This document shows positions 11,852 through 19,168 of a stretch of 24,371 nucleotides of DNA, one piece after another. The translations under genes and the position numbers were made by a program. This DNA is from Clostridia bacterium. Its GTDB lineage: Bacteria > Bacillota > Clostridia > Christensenellales > Aristaeellaceae. The notes under the pieces are model-generated. The model saw nothing but the letters and a program-made list of their open reading frames with translations. It was not told the DNA's origin and ran no database searches. Position 1 is the first letter of the stretch, and each line of letters begins with the position of its first letter. Where the stretch lies: positions 1 through 24,371 of the forward strand of contig JAZRWA010000081.1 in NCBI GenBank assembly GCA_045599485.1, written 5' to 3'.

Positions 11852-13420
11852 ATGCAGAATAACCCGCAGGAAAACCGTTATACCAAAAAAGGCTACGTGG
11901 AGCTGACCTCCTCTTATTCCGCCGCGCCGCGGCAGCCGCAGCGCCCCGCACAAAATAATCCGTACCAACAGCCGGTACAGAACAATCCATATCAGCAGCC
12001 TGCGCAGGGCAACCCGTATCAGCAGTCTGCGCAGAACAATCCGTATCAGCAGCCTGCGCAGGGCAATCCGTACCAACAGCCGGTACAGAACAACTCCTAT
12101 CAGCAGCCGGTACAGCCGCAGCCGCCGGAAGAGCCGGAGGACAGCGAATACCGTCAGGAATACTATCAGGCGCAAAAGCCCGCGCCCTTCAAGGCGCAGA
12201 ACGCCTATCAGGCCCCGAGGCCGAAGGGGCACGGTGCCTTCAACGTGATCCTGATCATACTGATCATTTTGCTGGTGCTGGCCGGCGGCATGGCGGTGTT
12301 CAGCCGTTATGGCGGCACCATCGACAACAAGCAGACCAGCGGCATCATCAATTCCAGCCTGCGCACCAGCTATACAGGCGACGCCGTCATTGTGCGCAAC
12401 GAGACGCTCTTTACGCAGGAGAACATTTCCCGCATTGAGTTTGGCGTCCGCGAAGGCGGTCAGGTCAAGCGCGGTGATACCGTTTGCACGGTGTACACCT
12501 CGGGCGTCAGCAAGACCGATATCAGCAACCTGGCCACCTACCGCACGCAGGTGGAAAGCTACATGAAAACGCTTCTGGCCTCCAGCAATGCGGAGACCGA
12601 TCAGGAGATGCGGTACCACAACAACACCGTGCTGCAGCTGGCGCAGGATATCCAGACCGCCGTACACCGCGGCGGCGGCAACCTCGGCAATCTGGAAAGC
12701 CGCCTCAACAGCGCCGTATCCGAGCGTGCCTATTACATCAAGCAGAAGTTTGTGGATGACCAGAAGCTGGCCAGGCTGTATGATGAGGCCAAAACCACCG
12801 AGCAGAAGGTGGAAACGTGGACCAAGTCCTTCGGCGCGACCGATGTGGGCGTGGTCTCCTTCTACACCGATTATTTTGAGCGCGCCCTCAACCTGAACAC
12901 CTATGAGAGCTTTTCTCCCGCCGAGGTGCGCTCCATGTACAACGGCATCCTGCCCGCTTCGGTCAACTTTGCCCGCAACGAGGTGCCTGTTTACCGTCTG
13001 GTGAGGGATGGCAGCTATGTGGTGCTGATGCTGTGCGACGACCTGACCTGGAACCCCACCGTGGGCTCCACCTATGAGCTGACCATTGAAAGCTTTTCCA
13101 ACCGCAGCGTGGCGGCGACGGTGGAATCGGTCTCCCTGTCCGACAAAGACCTGCTGGTGCGCCTGCGCATCAGCGGCAGCGTGAGCGACATCCTGTATGT
13201 GCGCTCCTGCCATGTGCAGCTGACCGAGATCATTGCCAGCATTGCCGTGCCCGCCGGCGCCATCACCACCTATAACGGCGAGATCGGTGTGGTCGTCATT
13301 CAGGCGGACGGCGAGTATTTCCTGCCCGTGACCATCATCAGTCAGGACAGCCAGACGGCGTACATCCTGCCGCAGATCGACAATATCCTGACGCAGAACT
13401 CCACCCTGCGCCTGTTCTGA
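11852..13420 (+). CDS. Membrane-anchored protein with an N-terminal Q/N/P/Y nonapeptide repeat and a HlyD/membrane-fusion-like body
   Basis: ATG 11852 lies 7 nt after GGAGG. It has a repeat region, a TM helix (AFNVILIILIILLVLAGGMAVF), then a lipoyl-like hairpin motif (GGQVKRGDTVCTVY) and a coiled-coil-like stretch. The functional call is tentative. Stop is TGA. Confidence 0.5.
   Translation: MQNNPQENRYTKKGYVELTSSYSAAPRQPQRPAQNNPYQQPVQNNPYQQPAQGNPYQQSAQNNPYQQPAQGNPYQQPVQNNSYQQPVQPQPPEEPEDSEYRQEYYQAQKPAPFKAQNAYQAPRPKGHGAFNVILIILIILLVLAGGMAVFSRYGGTIDNKQTSGIINSSLRTSYTGDAVIVRNETLFTQENISRIEFGVREGGQVKRGDTVCTVYTSGVSKTDISNLATYRTQVESYMKTLLASSNAETDQEMRYHNNTVLQLAQDIQTAVHRGGGNLGNLESRLNSAVSERAYYIKQKFVDDQKLARLYDEAKTTEQKVETWTKSFGATDVGVVSFYTDYFERALNLNTYESFSPAEVRSMYNGILPASVNFARNEVPVYRLVRDGSYVVLMLCDDLTWNPTVGSTYELTIESFSNRSVAATVESVSLSDKDLLVRLRISGSVSDILYVRSCHVQLTEIIASIAVPAGAITTYNGEIGVVVIQADGEYFLPVTIISQDSQTAYILPQIDNILTQNSTLRLF
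11951..12112 (+). repeat. Six tandem 27-bp coding repeats
   Basis: Units start at 11951, 11978, 12005, 12032, 12059 and 12086. Each encodes Q(N/G)N(P/S)YQQ(P/S)(V/A). Confidence 0.95.
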
Positions 13421-13425
13421 CGGGG

Positions 13426-13454
13426 TTGCAATCCTTTGCCGCAGCGGGTATAAT
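13426..13454 (+). promoter_or_regulatory. Sigma-70-type promoter upstream of sepF
   Basis: TTGCAA at 13426-13431, 17-nt spacer, TATAAT at 13449-13454. Confidence 0.6.
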
Positions 13455-13513
13455 GTTGAATGACCGGGGTCGCTTTTCCCGGTGTTTCACGCGTCTTTTT
13501 TCAAGGAGGAAGC

Positions 13514-14323
13514 ATGGCGTTTCGTGATGTGTTTTCCAGTGTAAAAAACTGGTTCAGCCCCAATAATACTTTTTTCAACGGTCAGAGCGAGCCGGAAAAC
13601 GATTACGGCTCCTACCGTCAGGGCGCGCCCGCCCCGGCACCGCGGGAGGCGGAGCCCGCCCCCAAGCCCGCTCCGCAGCCGGCGCAGCCCGAGGCGGCGT
13701 GGACGCCGACCTATCAGACGGGCAATTATGACCCGCGGCAGAATGTGACCACGCCGCGTCCCGAGGGCGCGAAGACCTTTTTTGAGCAGGGCATGCAGCA
13801 GCCGGCTCCCCAGCCCGTGCCGCCCGTGCAGGAGGAAAACGGACGCGTCCCCAATGTGTGCGTCTTCAACACCTACAACCTGCAGGCTTGCCGCAACGCC
13901 ATTGAGACCATCCGAAACGGGGATATCGTGGTGGCGGTGATGGATAACCTGGCCGACCCCAACGAGCTGCGCCGCTATGTGGATATGCTCAACGGCGCCG
14001 CCTATACGCTGGAAAGCTCCATGACGCGCCTGTCCGGGCGCAGCGGGGTGTATATCATCACCCCTCCCGGTGTGCACATCTATACCGATGATGCCACCAG
14101 CCGTGTCAACGGGCAGCAGCCCGCCGCGCAGAGCGCTTATGCCGCGCCGCAGACCGGTACCTTCCGCGCAAGCTATCCGCAGCCGCAGTACGGCGGCTAT
14201 TATCAGTCGGTCTCGCAGGCGGCCTACACTGCGCCGCAGCAGCCGGCTGCCCCGCAGATGACGATGCAGGGCCCCTCCCGGGGCTATTCGCCGGACCATA
14301 ACGGCGATTATTACCACTATTAA
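13514..14323 (+). CDS. sepF: SepF-family cell-division protein with a long P/Q-rich linker
   Basis: ATG 13514 follows AAGGAGG. The N-terminal amphipathic MAFRDVFSSVKNWF and the C-terminal domain align to the SepF/DUF552 core. That domain reads NVCVFNTYNLQACRNAIETIRNGDIVVAVMDNL..ELRRYVDMLNGAAYTLESSMTRLSGRSGVYIITPPGVHI. Stop is TAA. Confidence 0.8.
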   Translation: MAFRDVFSSVKNWFSPNNTFFNGQSEPENDYGSYRQGAPAPAPREAEPAPKPAPQPAQPEAAWTPTYQTGNYDPRQNVTTPRPEGAKTFFEQGMQQPAPQPVPPVQEENGRVPNVCVFNTYNLQACRNAIETIRNGDIVVAVMDNLADPNELRRYVDMLNGAAYTLESSMTRLSGRSGVYIITPPGVHIYTDDATSRVNGQQPAAQSAYAAPQTGTFRASYPQPQYGGYYQSVSQAAYTAPQQPAAPQMTMQGPSRGYSPDHNGDYYHY

Positions 14324-14347
14324 GCGACTCAAGGAGGAACAGGTCCC

Positions 14348-14929
14348 ATGGCTGCGAACATTACCGTCCGCATGATCGAAGACAAGGAGTTTACCGAGCG
14401 CTTCCGGGCGTATGATAAAGAAGAGGTCAACCAGTTTCTGGATGATATCTGCGATACTATGATGGCCATGCAGACGACCATCAACAACCTGCAGCAGCAG
14501 GTGAACGAGCTCAGCGGCGGCAGCAGTACCTGGGAGGCCGAAAAGGCGCAGCTGGAGCAGGCGCTGGCCGAGGCGCGGGCCGAAGCGAGCAAGGCTCGCG
14601 CGGCCGCCGTGCAGCAGCCGCCCGTGGTGGTCACCGCGCCCTCTTATTCCGAGTATTCCGAAAGCGCGCGCCGCATGATGGAAAAAACGCAGAAGGCCTG
14701 TGATGAGCTGCTGCAGGAAGCGCGTGAGGAGGCGGAAAACATCCGCCGCAGCGCGGCTTCGGTGACGGCCGTCTCCGGGGATAACAGCGCGCTGATGGCG
14801 GAAAGGGACGATCTGAAGCACGAGCTGGAGGACCTGCGTTCCGCCGCCGCTGCGTACCGCGCCCGCGCGCTGCAGCTGATGGAGGATCAGCGCACCGCCA
14901 TGGACAACTGCGGTCTGTTTGAATTTTGA
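14348..14929 (+). CDS. divIVA: DivIVA-domain protein
   Basis: The N-terminus ITVRMIEDKEFTERFRAYDKEEVNQFLDDI matches the DivIVA lipid-binding domain, followed by coiled coil. AAGGAGG lies upstream. Stop is TGA. Confidence 0.85.
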   Translation: MAANITVRMIEDKEFTERFRAYDKEEVNQFLDDICDTMMAMQTTINNLQQQVNELSGGSSTWEAEKAQLEQALAEARAEASKARAAAVQQPPVVVTAPSYSEYSESARRMMEKTQKACDELLQEAREEAENIRRSAASVTAVSGDNSALMAERDDLKHELEDLRSAAAAYRARALQLMEDQRTAMDNCGLFEF

Positions 14930-14939
14930 AAATTTTGAA

Positions 14940-14978
14940 GGCGGCGTAAGGACGGTGTTGTCCCGCGCCGCTTTTTTG
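14940..14978 (+). terminator. Rho-independent terminator after divIVA
   Basis: GCGGCG (14941-14946) pairs with CGCCGC (14966-14971), with an inner GGAC..GTCC stem, followed by TTTTTT (14972-14977). Confidence 0.65.
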
Positions 14979-15000
14979 TACGTCGGAAAGGAGGGCTTGC

Positions 15001-15837
15001 ATGCCTGCTGAAACCACGGTGCCCGTTTCCATTGCCGAGGATGTGCGGCTGGCGGCGGCGACGCTCAATCATTTTTATCAGAGCCTGCCTAATATTTTGT
15101 ATCATCTGGCCCTGTCGGGCGTGATCATTGTGCTGGGGCTGCTGCTGTTGAAGCTGATGCGGCGGCTGATCAACAAAAGCTATCGCCGCAAGGTGCAGGA
15201 GCGCAACTCCAGAGAGGCGGAAACCTTCCGTTCGCTCATCAGCAGCGTGGTCAGCTATCTGTTTTATTTTCTCATCGCGCTGACGGTGCTGCACGTGATG
15301 GGCGTGGATGTGTCCTCCATTCTGGCGGTTGCCGGAATCGGCACGGTCGCCATCGGCTTTGGCGCGCAGGCGCTGGTGAAAGACATCATCAGCGGCATGT
15401 TCCTGTGGCTGGAGGGCAATGTGGCGGTGGGCGATGTCATTACCGCCGCCGGCTGCAGCGGCGTGGTGGTCAGGGTATCGCTGCGCACCACCACCATCCG
15501 CAGCGCGGATGGCTGCTGCTGCGTGGTGCCCAACGGGGATATCCGAACGGTCATCTGCCGCTCCCGGGACATGGTCAAGTCACAGGTCAATGTGACGCTG
15601 GCACATGGGCAGGATATGGAAAAGGCGCTGGCCGTCCTGCGGGAGGAATGCGCTTTGGTGGGCGAGCAGCTGCACCTGAAGGACGCGCCGAAGGTGGTGG
15701 GCTGCATTGCCAACGACGCGCGCTGTGTGACCATCCGCTGTGAGTGCGACAGCAAGCCGTAGGATGACTGGCGGGTCGAGCGGGAGCTGCGCGAGCGGCT
15801 GTTTGAGCGGCTGTACCGCGAGGGCTTCAAGGCGTAA
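15001..15837 (+). CDS. MscS-family mechanosensitive channel carrying one in-frame TAG at 15760-15762
   Basis: AGGAGG lies 6 nt upstream. GIGTVAIGFGAQALVKDIISGMFLWLEGNVAVGDVI...LRTTTIRSADG..VPNGDI is the MscS core. After ..CECDSKP-TAG the frame continues DDWRVERELRERLFERLYREGFKA, typical of the MscS C-terminal helix, to TAA 15835-15837. Confidence 0.8.
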
Positions 15838-15921
15838 CGGAGACGAAGACGATGAGGTTTTTGGGAATCCCCCTTTTTGAAGTCCCAAAGGGCGGTTCCC
15901 AAGCCCTCCGCGAAAAAGCAG
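15835..15921 (+). repeat. Hairpin-plus-tail repeat, copy 3 (starts at the MscS TAA)
   Basis: TTGGGAATCCCCCTTTTTGAAGTCCCAAAGGGCGGTTCCCAA (15861-15902) plus GCCCTCCGCGAAAAAGCAG, near-identical to copy 1. Confidence 0.85.
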
Positions 15922-16291
15922 ATCAAAAAGTACTTACAATTTTGCTTTGATGTCAGTATCAGGAATCCCGGAACGTATGTTGTGATATTATCATGAAAAA
16001 CGGTAAGTTAAATCCGCAAGAAGTTTGAATGTGATGGATAATGATATGTTTGATGCGAAACAAATTGAATTTTTGCATGAAATCGGGTTATAGATAGATA
16101 ATGACAAACTAACCGATGACGATTGTATTTGTATTTAGGATGCAGTTTCGTAGTATCTTCAAAAATATGGCTTTGATGAAGGATATAACATCAATGAAAT
16201 GGGTGTCATGTGTGAGTCAATTTTAGATGTGATATCTGAAATCGACGAATTAAAATGATTAAGGCAAAGGATTAATGAAGTAAAAAAATCA
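15922..16291. other. AT-rich island (foreign-looking insert)
   Basis: Direct count gives 17/60 G+C for 16021-16080 and 19/60 for 16081-16140, against flanks above 60%. It is bounded by repeat copies 3 and 4. Confidence 0.8.
16034..16258 (+). pseudogene. 74-codon acidic ORF with three in-frame TAG codons (pseudogene under the standard code; intact if TAG is sense)
   Basis: One frame reads MDNDMFDAKQIEFLHEIGL-TAG-IDNDKLTDDDCICI-TAG-DAVS-TAG-YLQKYGFDEGYNINEMGVMCESILDVISEIDELK-TGA. TAGs are at 16091, 16136 and 16151. There is no in-frame TAA or TGA despite about 30% GC. No clear RBS. Confidence 0.5.
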
Positions 16292-16372
16292 GCCCTTTCT
16301 CGGAGGGGTGCAGGGGAACCATGCTTTCCGGCTTCGGAAAGCGTGGTTCCCCTGCATAAAAAAACCGGAGGT
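16292..16372 (-). repeat. Hairpin-plus-tail repeat, copy 4 (reverse orientation)
   Basis: Reverse-orientation tail GCCCTTTCTCGGAGGGG (16292-16308) and stem TGCAGGGGAACCA...TGGTTCCCCTGCA (16309-16356). The GGAGG RBS of the next gene lies in the element's spacer. Confidence 0.85.
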
Positions 16373-16378
16373 ATCCTG

Positions 16379-17002
16379 ATGCGTGAGCTGACGGAAAAAG
16401 AGAAGAAAAGAGCCGCGAAGGTCGCGGCGAAACAGGCGGATATGGAACGCGCGGGCTGGAAGGCGCAGAATGTGACGATCGGCGTGGTGCGCGCCAACGT
16501 GTACGCGCTGCTGTGGCTCCTTCCTTTTGCGGGGCTTTTTATCGCGCTGTTTGTGCTGATGGGGCACACGTACGACATTGAAACGGAAAACATTGTAAGC
16601 TTGCTGCTGTTGCCTGCGGCGATGATCGCCGCGATTTTTGTACACGAGGGTCTGCATGGACTGACATGGGGGCTGTTTGCAAAAGAGCACTTCAAGAGCA
16701 TTGAATTTGGCTTTATCAAGGAGATGGCAACGCCCTATTGCAGCTGCACCGAGCCGCTCGGGCGCGGGGCATACCTGCTGGGCGCGTTCATGCCCTGCCT
16801 GCTGCTGGGGTTGGTGCCCTGCGCGGCGGCGGTGTTTACGGGGCAGGTGTTTGTGCTGGCGTTTGGGCTGATCATGATCGGCGGCGCGGGCGGCGACCTG
16901 ACCATCATGCTCAGGATGCTGCTTTTCAGAGAAAACAAACGCGAGGTGCTCTACCTCGATCACCCGACGGAGTGCGGCTTCATTGCGCTGACGAGGGAAT
17001 AA
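16379..17002 (+). CDS. DUF3267-like membrane protein with an HExxH motif (putative zincin peptidase)
   Basis: ATG 16379 lies 7 nt after GGAGG. There are several TM helices and a VHEGLHG (HExxH) motif. Stop is TAA 17000-17002. Confidence 0.7.
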   Translation: MRELTEKEKKRAAKVAAKQADMERAGWKAQNVTIGVVRANVYALLWLLPFAGLFIALFVLMGHTYDIETENIVSLLLLPAAMIAAIFVHEGLHGLTWGLFAKEHFKSIEFGFIKEMATPYCSCTEPLGRGAYLLGAFMPCLLLGLVPCAAAVFTGQVFVLAFGLIMIGGAGGDLTIMLRMLLFRENKREVLYLDHPTECGFIALTRE

Positions 17003-17079
17003 CGAGAGGATGTTGGGGCGACCACTCTTTCCGAAGCCGGAAAGCATGGTCGCCCCAAACCCCACCCGAAAAAGGGCAG
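17000..17079 (+). repeat. Hairpin-plus-tail repeat, copy 5 (starts at the DUF3267 TAA)
   Basis: TAACGAGAGGATG, stem TTGGGGCGACCA..CTTTCCGaagcCGGAAAG..TGGTCGCCCCAA (17013-17058), tail ACCCCACCCGAAAAAGGGCAG, then a T-run. Confidence 0.85.
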
Positions 17080-17092
17080 ACTTTTTTTAAAA

Positions 17093-17164
17093 GGGAGAGA
17101 GGCACGCTTTGCGATGCCGAAAAGCGTCCCTCTCCCCCTTAACCCCCTGCTCCGAGAAAAGGCA
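17093..17164 (+). repeat. Hairpin-plus-tail repeat, copy 6
   Basis: Stem GGGAGAGAGGCACGCTTT...AAAGCGTCCCTCTCCC (17093-17136) with the tail ...CCCCCTGCTCCGAGAAAAGGCA. Confidence 0.75.
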
Positions 17165-17180
17165 TTTTTTCAGACATAAG

Positions 17181-17228
17181 AACACCCTTGCAATGATGGA
17201 AGGTGACCTTCATCAAGGCAAGGGTGTT
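17181..17228. repeat. B-element hairpin, copy 2 (inverted relative to 4108-4159)
   Basis: AACACCCTTGC-aatgatggaaggtgaccttcatcaag-GCAAGGGTGTT. The reverse complement of the 4110-4157 copy matches arm for arm and over most of the loop. Confidence 0.8.
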
Positions 17229-17266
17229 GCATTTTATATATTTATGATTGCTTTTTCCCGGAAGGT

Positions 17267-17321
17267 TTGGAAATCCTGCTTTTTGGCACAAAAAGCGTGG
17301 TTTCCAAGAACCCTCCATCCG
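17267..17321 (+). repeat. Hairpin-plus-tail repeat, copy 7 (diverged)
   Basis: TTGGAAATCCTGCTTTTTGgcaCAAAAAGCGTGGTTTCCAA (17267-17307) plus the tail GAACCCTCCATCCG, ending 3 nt from the DUF362 stop. Confidence 0.7.
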
Positions 17322-17324
17322 TTG

Positions 17325-18407
17325 TCAGTGCGTATACGCCCAGTCCTCGAGCGCCTCGATGATCTTTTCGGCGGTCGGCGGGCAGCCCTTGGCGTACATC
17401 TCGGCGCCGAGGCAGCAGTTGCCCACGCCGAAGCCGTCCAGCGTTTGCCCTTTGAAGCCCTGACCGATGCGGATGTGCAGGTTTTTGCCCATGCCGCTGG
17501 AATAGAGCGCGCGGGTCAGGTTGGCAAAGCAGGCGGAGCAGGCCTGATTCTGCTCCACATTGCGGGTGATGCGCGCCACAGCGCCCGTGGGGCGGGCCGC
17601 GGTCTGCACCGCGTCAGAGGGCGCGTTGAGGCACACGATGTCATCCTCCTTCACCCTGGTGCTGCCGCCGCCCCACTGCTCGCACAGGCCGATGTAGGGC
17701 ACCTCAGAGAGCGAAAGCCCCATCAGCTGCGCGCCGTAGGCATCCAGCTGCACCGGGTCGGTGCCGATGTACATGCGGTTGGTCTGGACGGGGTTGCCGC
17801 CTTCTTCAAAGTCGAGGTCGCCGCAAATGCTGTCCACAATGGTGAGGCGCGGCTTCAGCGCGGCGCCGAGGGCGGCAATGGGCTTTTGCAGACCGAGGGC
17901 GTGGAAATGGCGCTTTTCACGGTCGGGCAGGCAGCCCTTGAGGTTTTTGAGCGCGCAGGTCATGATGGTCTGACCGTGTCCCTTCAAGACGGGCAGGTCG
18001 ACCAGCAGGCCCGCGTTCAGTGCGCGGTCGCAGATGGCGATGGGACCGATGGCGGTGTTGACGTTGGTGGTCTTGTCGCGCTTGAGGTCGTAGAAGGGCA
18101 CGCGGTACTTGGTGCACACGCGGTCATAGCCCGCGGTGCGCATGGCGTTCATGGTCTCATCGCCCACCCAGCTGCCTTCAATGACGCTGATATCCTTGAC
18201 ACCGTGATCCTGAAAATATTCGATGGCGCCGCTCAAAACGCCGGGGTGCGTGGTGGCACCCGTCTCGGGACGGCCCGCGATGACCAGGTTGGGCTTGAGG
18301 GCGACGGAGCCGCCATCGGGCACCAGCTCGATGGCGTTGATGGCCTCCAGCAGCCGGATGGTCATGGTGTGGGCATCGGTGCCGTATATTTGAAAGATCT
18401 TGCTCAT
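17325..18407 (-). CDS. DUF362-domain protein
   Basis: 360 aa. ...VALKPNLV..., ...LKGHGQTIMTCALKNLKGC... and a C-terminal Cys cluster match DUF362-family architecture. Stop is TGA. Confidence 0.7.
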   Translation of the reverse strand: MSKIFQIYGTDAHTMTIRLLEAINAIELVPDGGSVALKPNLVIAGRPETGATTHPGVLSGAIEYFQDHGVKDISVIEGSWVGDETMNAMRTAGYDRVCTKYRVPFYDLKRDKTTNVNTAIGPIAICDRALNAGLLVDLPVLKGHGQTIMTCALKNLKGCLPDREKRHFHALGLQKPIAALGAALKPRLTIVDSICGDLDFEEGGNPVQTNRMYIGTDPVQLDAYGAQLMGLSLSEVPYIGLCEQWGGGSTRVKEDDIVCLNAPSDAVQTAARPTGAVARITRNVEQNQACSACFANLTRALYSSGMGKNLHIRIGQGFKGQTLDGFGVGNCCLGAEMYAKGCPPTAEKIIEALEDWAYTH

Positions 18408-18534
18408 TTTTGTGATTTCCTCCGAAAAAATGATGGTTTACAGACCCATTATAACAGAAAACTTATCTATTCGCGATAACAATTTGGAGCATTCCTTTCA
18501 AGAATGAAAAGATGTGATGATTGTATAACAGAAT

Positions 18535-18572
18535 GGCCTTTTCTCGGGTGGGGTTCGGGGAGGGGATGCTTT
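18535..18572 (-). repeat. Truncated hairpin-plus-tail repeat, copy 8
   Basis: GGCCTTTTCTCGGGTGGGGTTCGGGGAGGGGATGCTTT parallels the reverse complement of copy 5 (TGCCCTTTTTCGGGTGGGGTTTGGGGCGACCATGCTTT). The second hairpin arm is missing. Confidence 0.6.
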
Positions 18573-18599
18573 GACAAACATGGATGACTTTGGTATGAT
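18571..18599 (+). promoter_or_regulatory. Sigma-70-type promoter of the GNAT gene
   Basis: TTGACA at 18571-18576, 17-nt spacer, TATGAT at 18594-18599. The -35 sits at the truncation point of repeat copy 8. Confidence 0.6.
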
Positions 18600-18619
18600 A
18601 GTTGATGGAGGCGTAAAAA

Positions 18620-19168
18620 ATGGAACTGAAACAGATGCGCAAGGCTGACGCGGATCTGAAGACGGTCCGGGCCATCTTTCTGGAGGCCTTCCCGAAGATC
18701 GAGCGGCCCCCCTTCAAAGTGCTGACACGCAGGCTGGGTACGGGTCTGGCGGAGCTGTGGGGCGTGTATGACGCGGGAAAATTGAAGGGCTTTGCCGAGG
18801 TCATCTGCAGTGATACGGCGGTGTACCTGTTCTTTTTGGCCATGCACAAGGATTGCCGCGGTCAGGGCTGCGGCGGTTTTACGGTGCGCGAGCTGATAAA
18901 AAAATACGCCGGAAAGAAATTCTTTCTGGCGTTGGAAAGCCTGACCGAGGAAGGCGCGGAAAACATGGAAGAGCGCATCCGCCGGCACGGCTTTTATGCA
19001 AGGCAGGGATTGCATGACCTGCCGGTGCAGCTGTATGAGGGCGGCGTGACCTTTGACGCCATGGGCGTGGGGGAGGCGCCGACCAAAGAGGAATACGAGG
19101 GCATGATGCGGCGGTTTCTGGGCGCTTACGGGCTGTTCATCCGCTGCAGACGGATCGAAAAGAAATGA
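18620..19168 (+). CDS. GNAT-family N-acetyltransferase
   Basis: 182 aa with GGAGG 8 nt upstream. ...LAMHKDCRGQGCGGFTV... is the acetyl-CoA-binding motif A (R/Q-x-x-G-x-G/A). Stop is TGA. Confidence 0.75.
   Translation: MELKQMRKADADLKTVRAIFLEAFPKIERPPFKVLTRRLGTGLAELWGVYDAGKLKGFAEVICSDTAVYLFFLAMHKDCRGQGCGGFTVRELIKKYAGKKFFLALESLTEEGAENMEERIRRHGFYARQGLHDLPVQLYEGGVTFDAMGVGEAPTKEEYEGMMRRFLGAYGLFIRCRRIEKK

Noticed and set aside
15993-16028. Short ORF MKNGKLNPQEV in the AT-rich island.
   Set aside because: It is only 11 codons with no RBS. It is probably a frame-shifted remnant or chance ORF, noted only as evidence that the island may be partly decayed.
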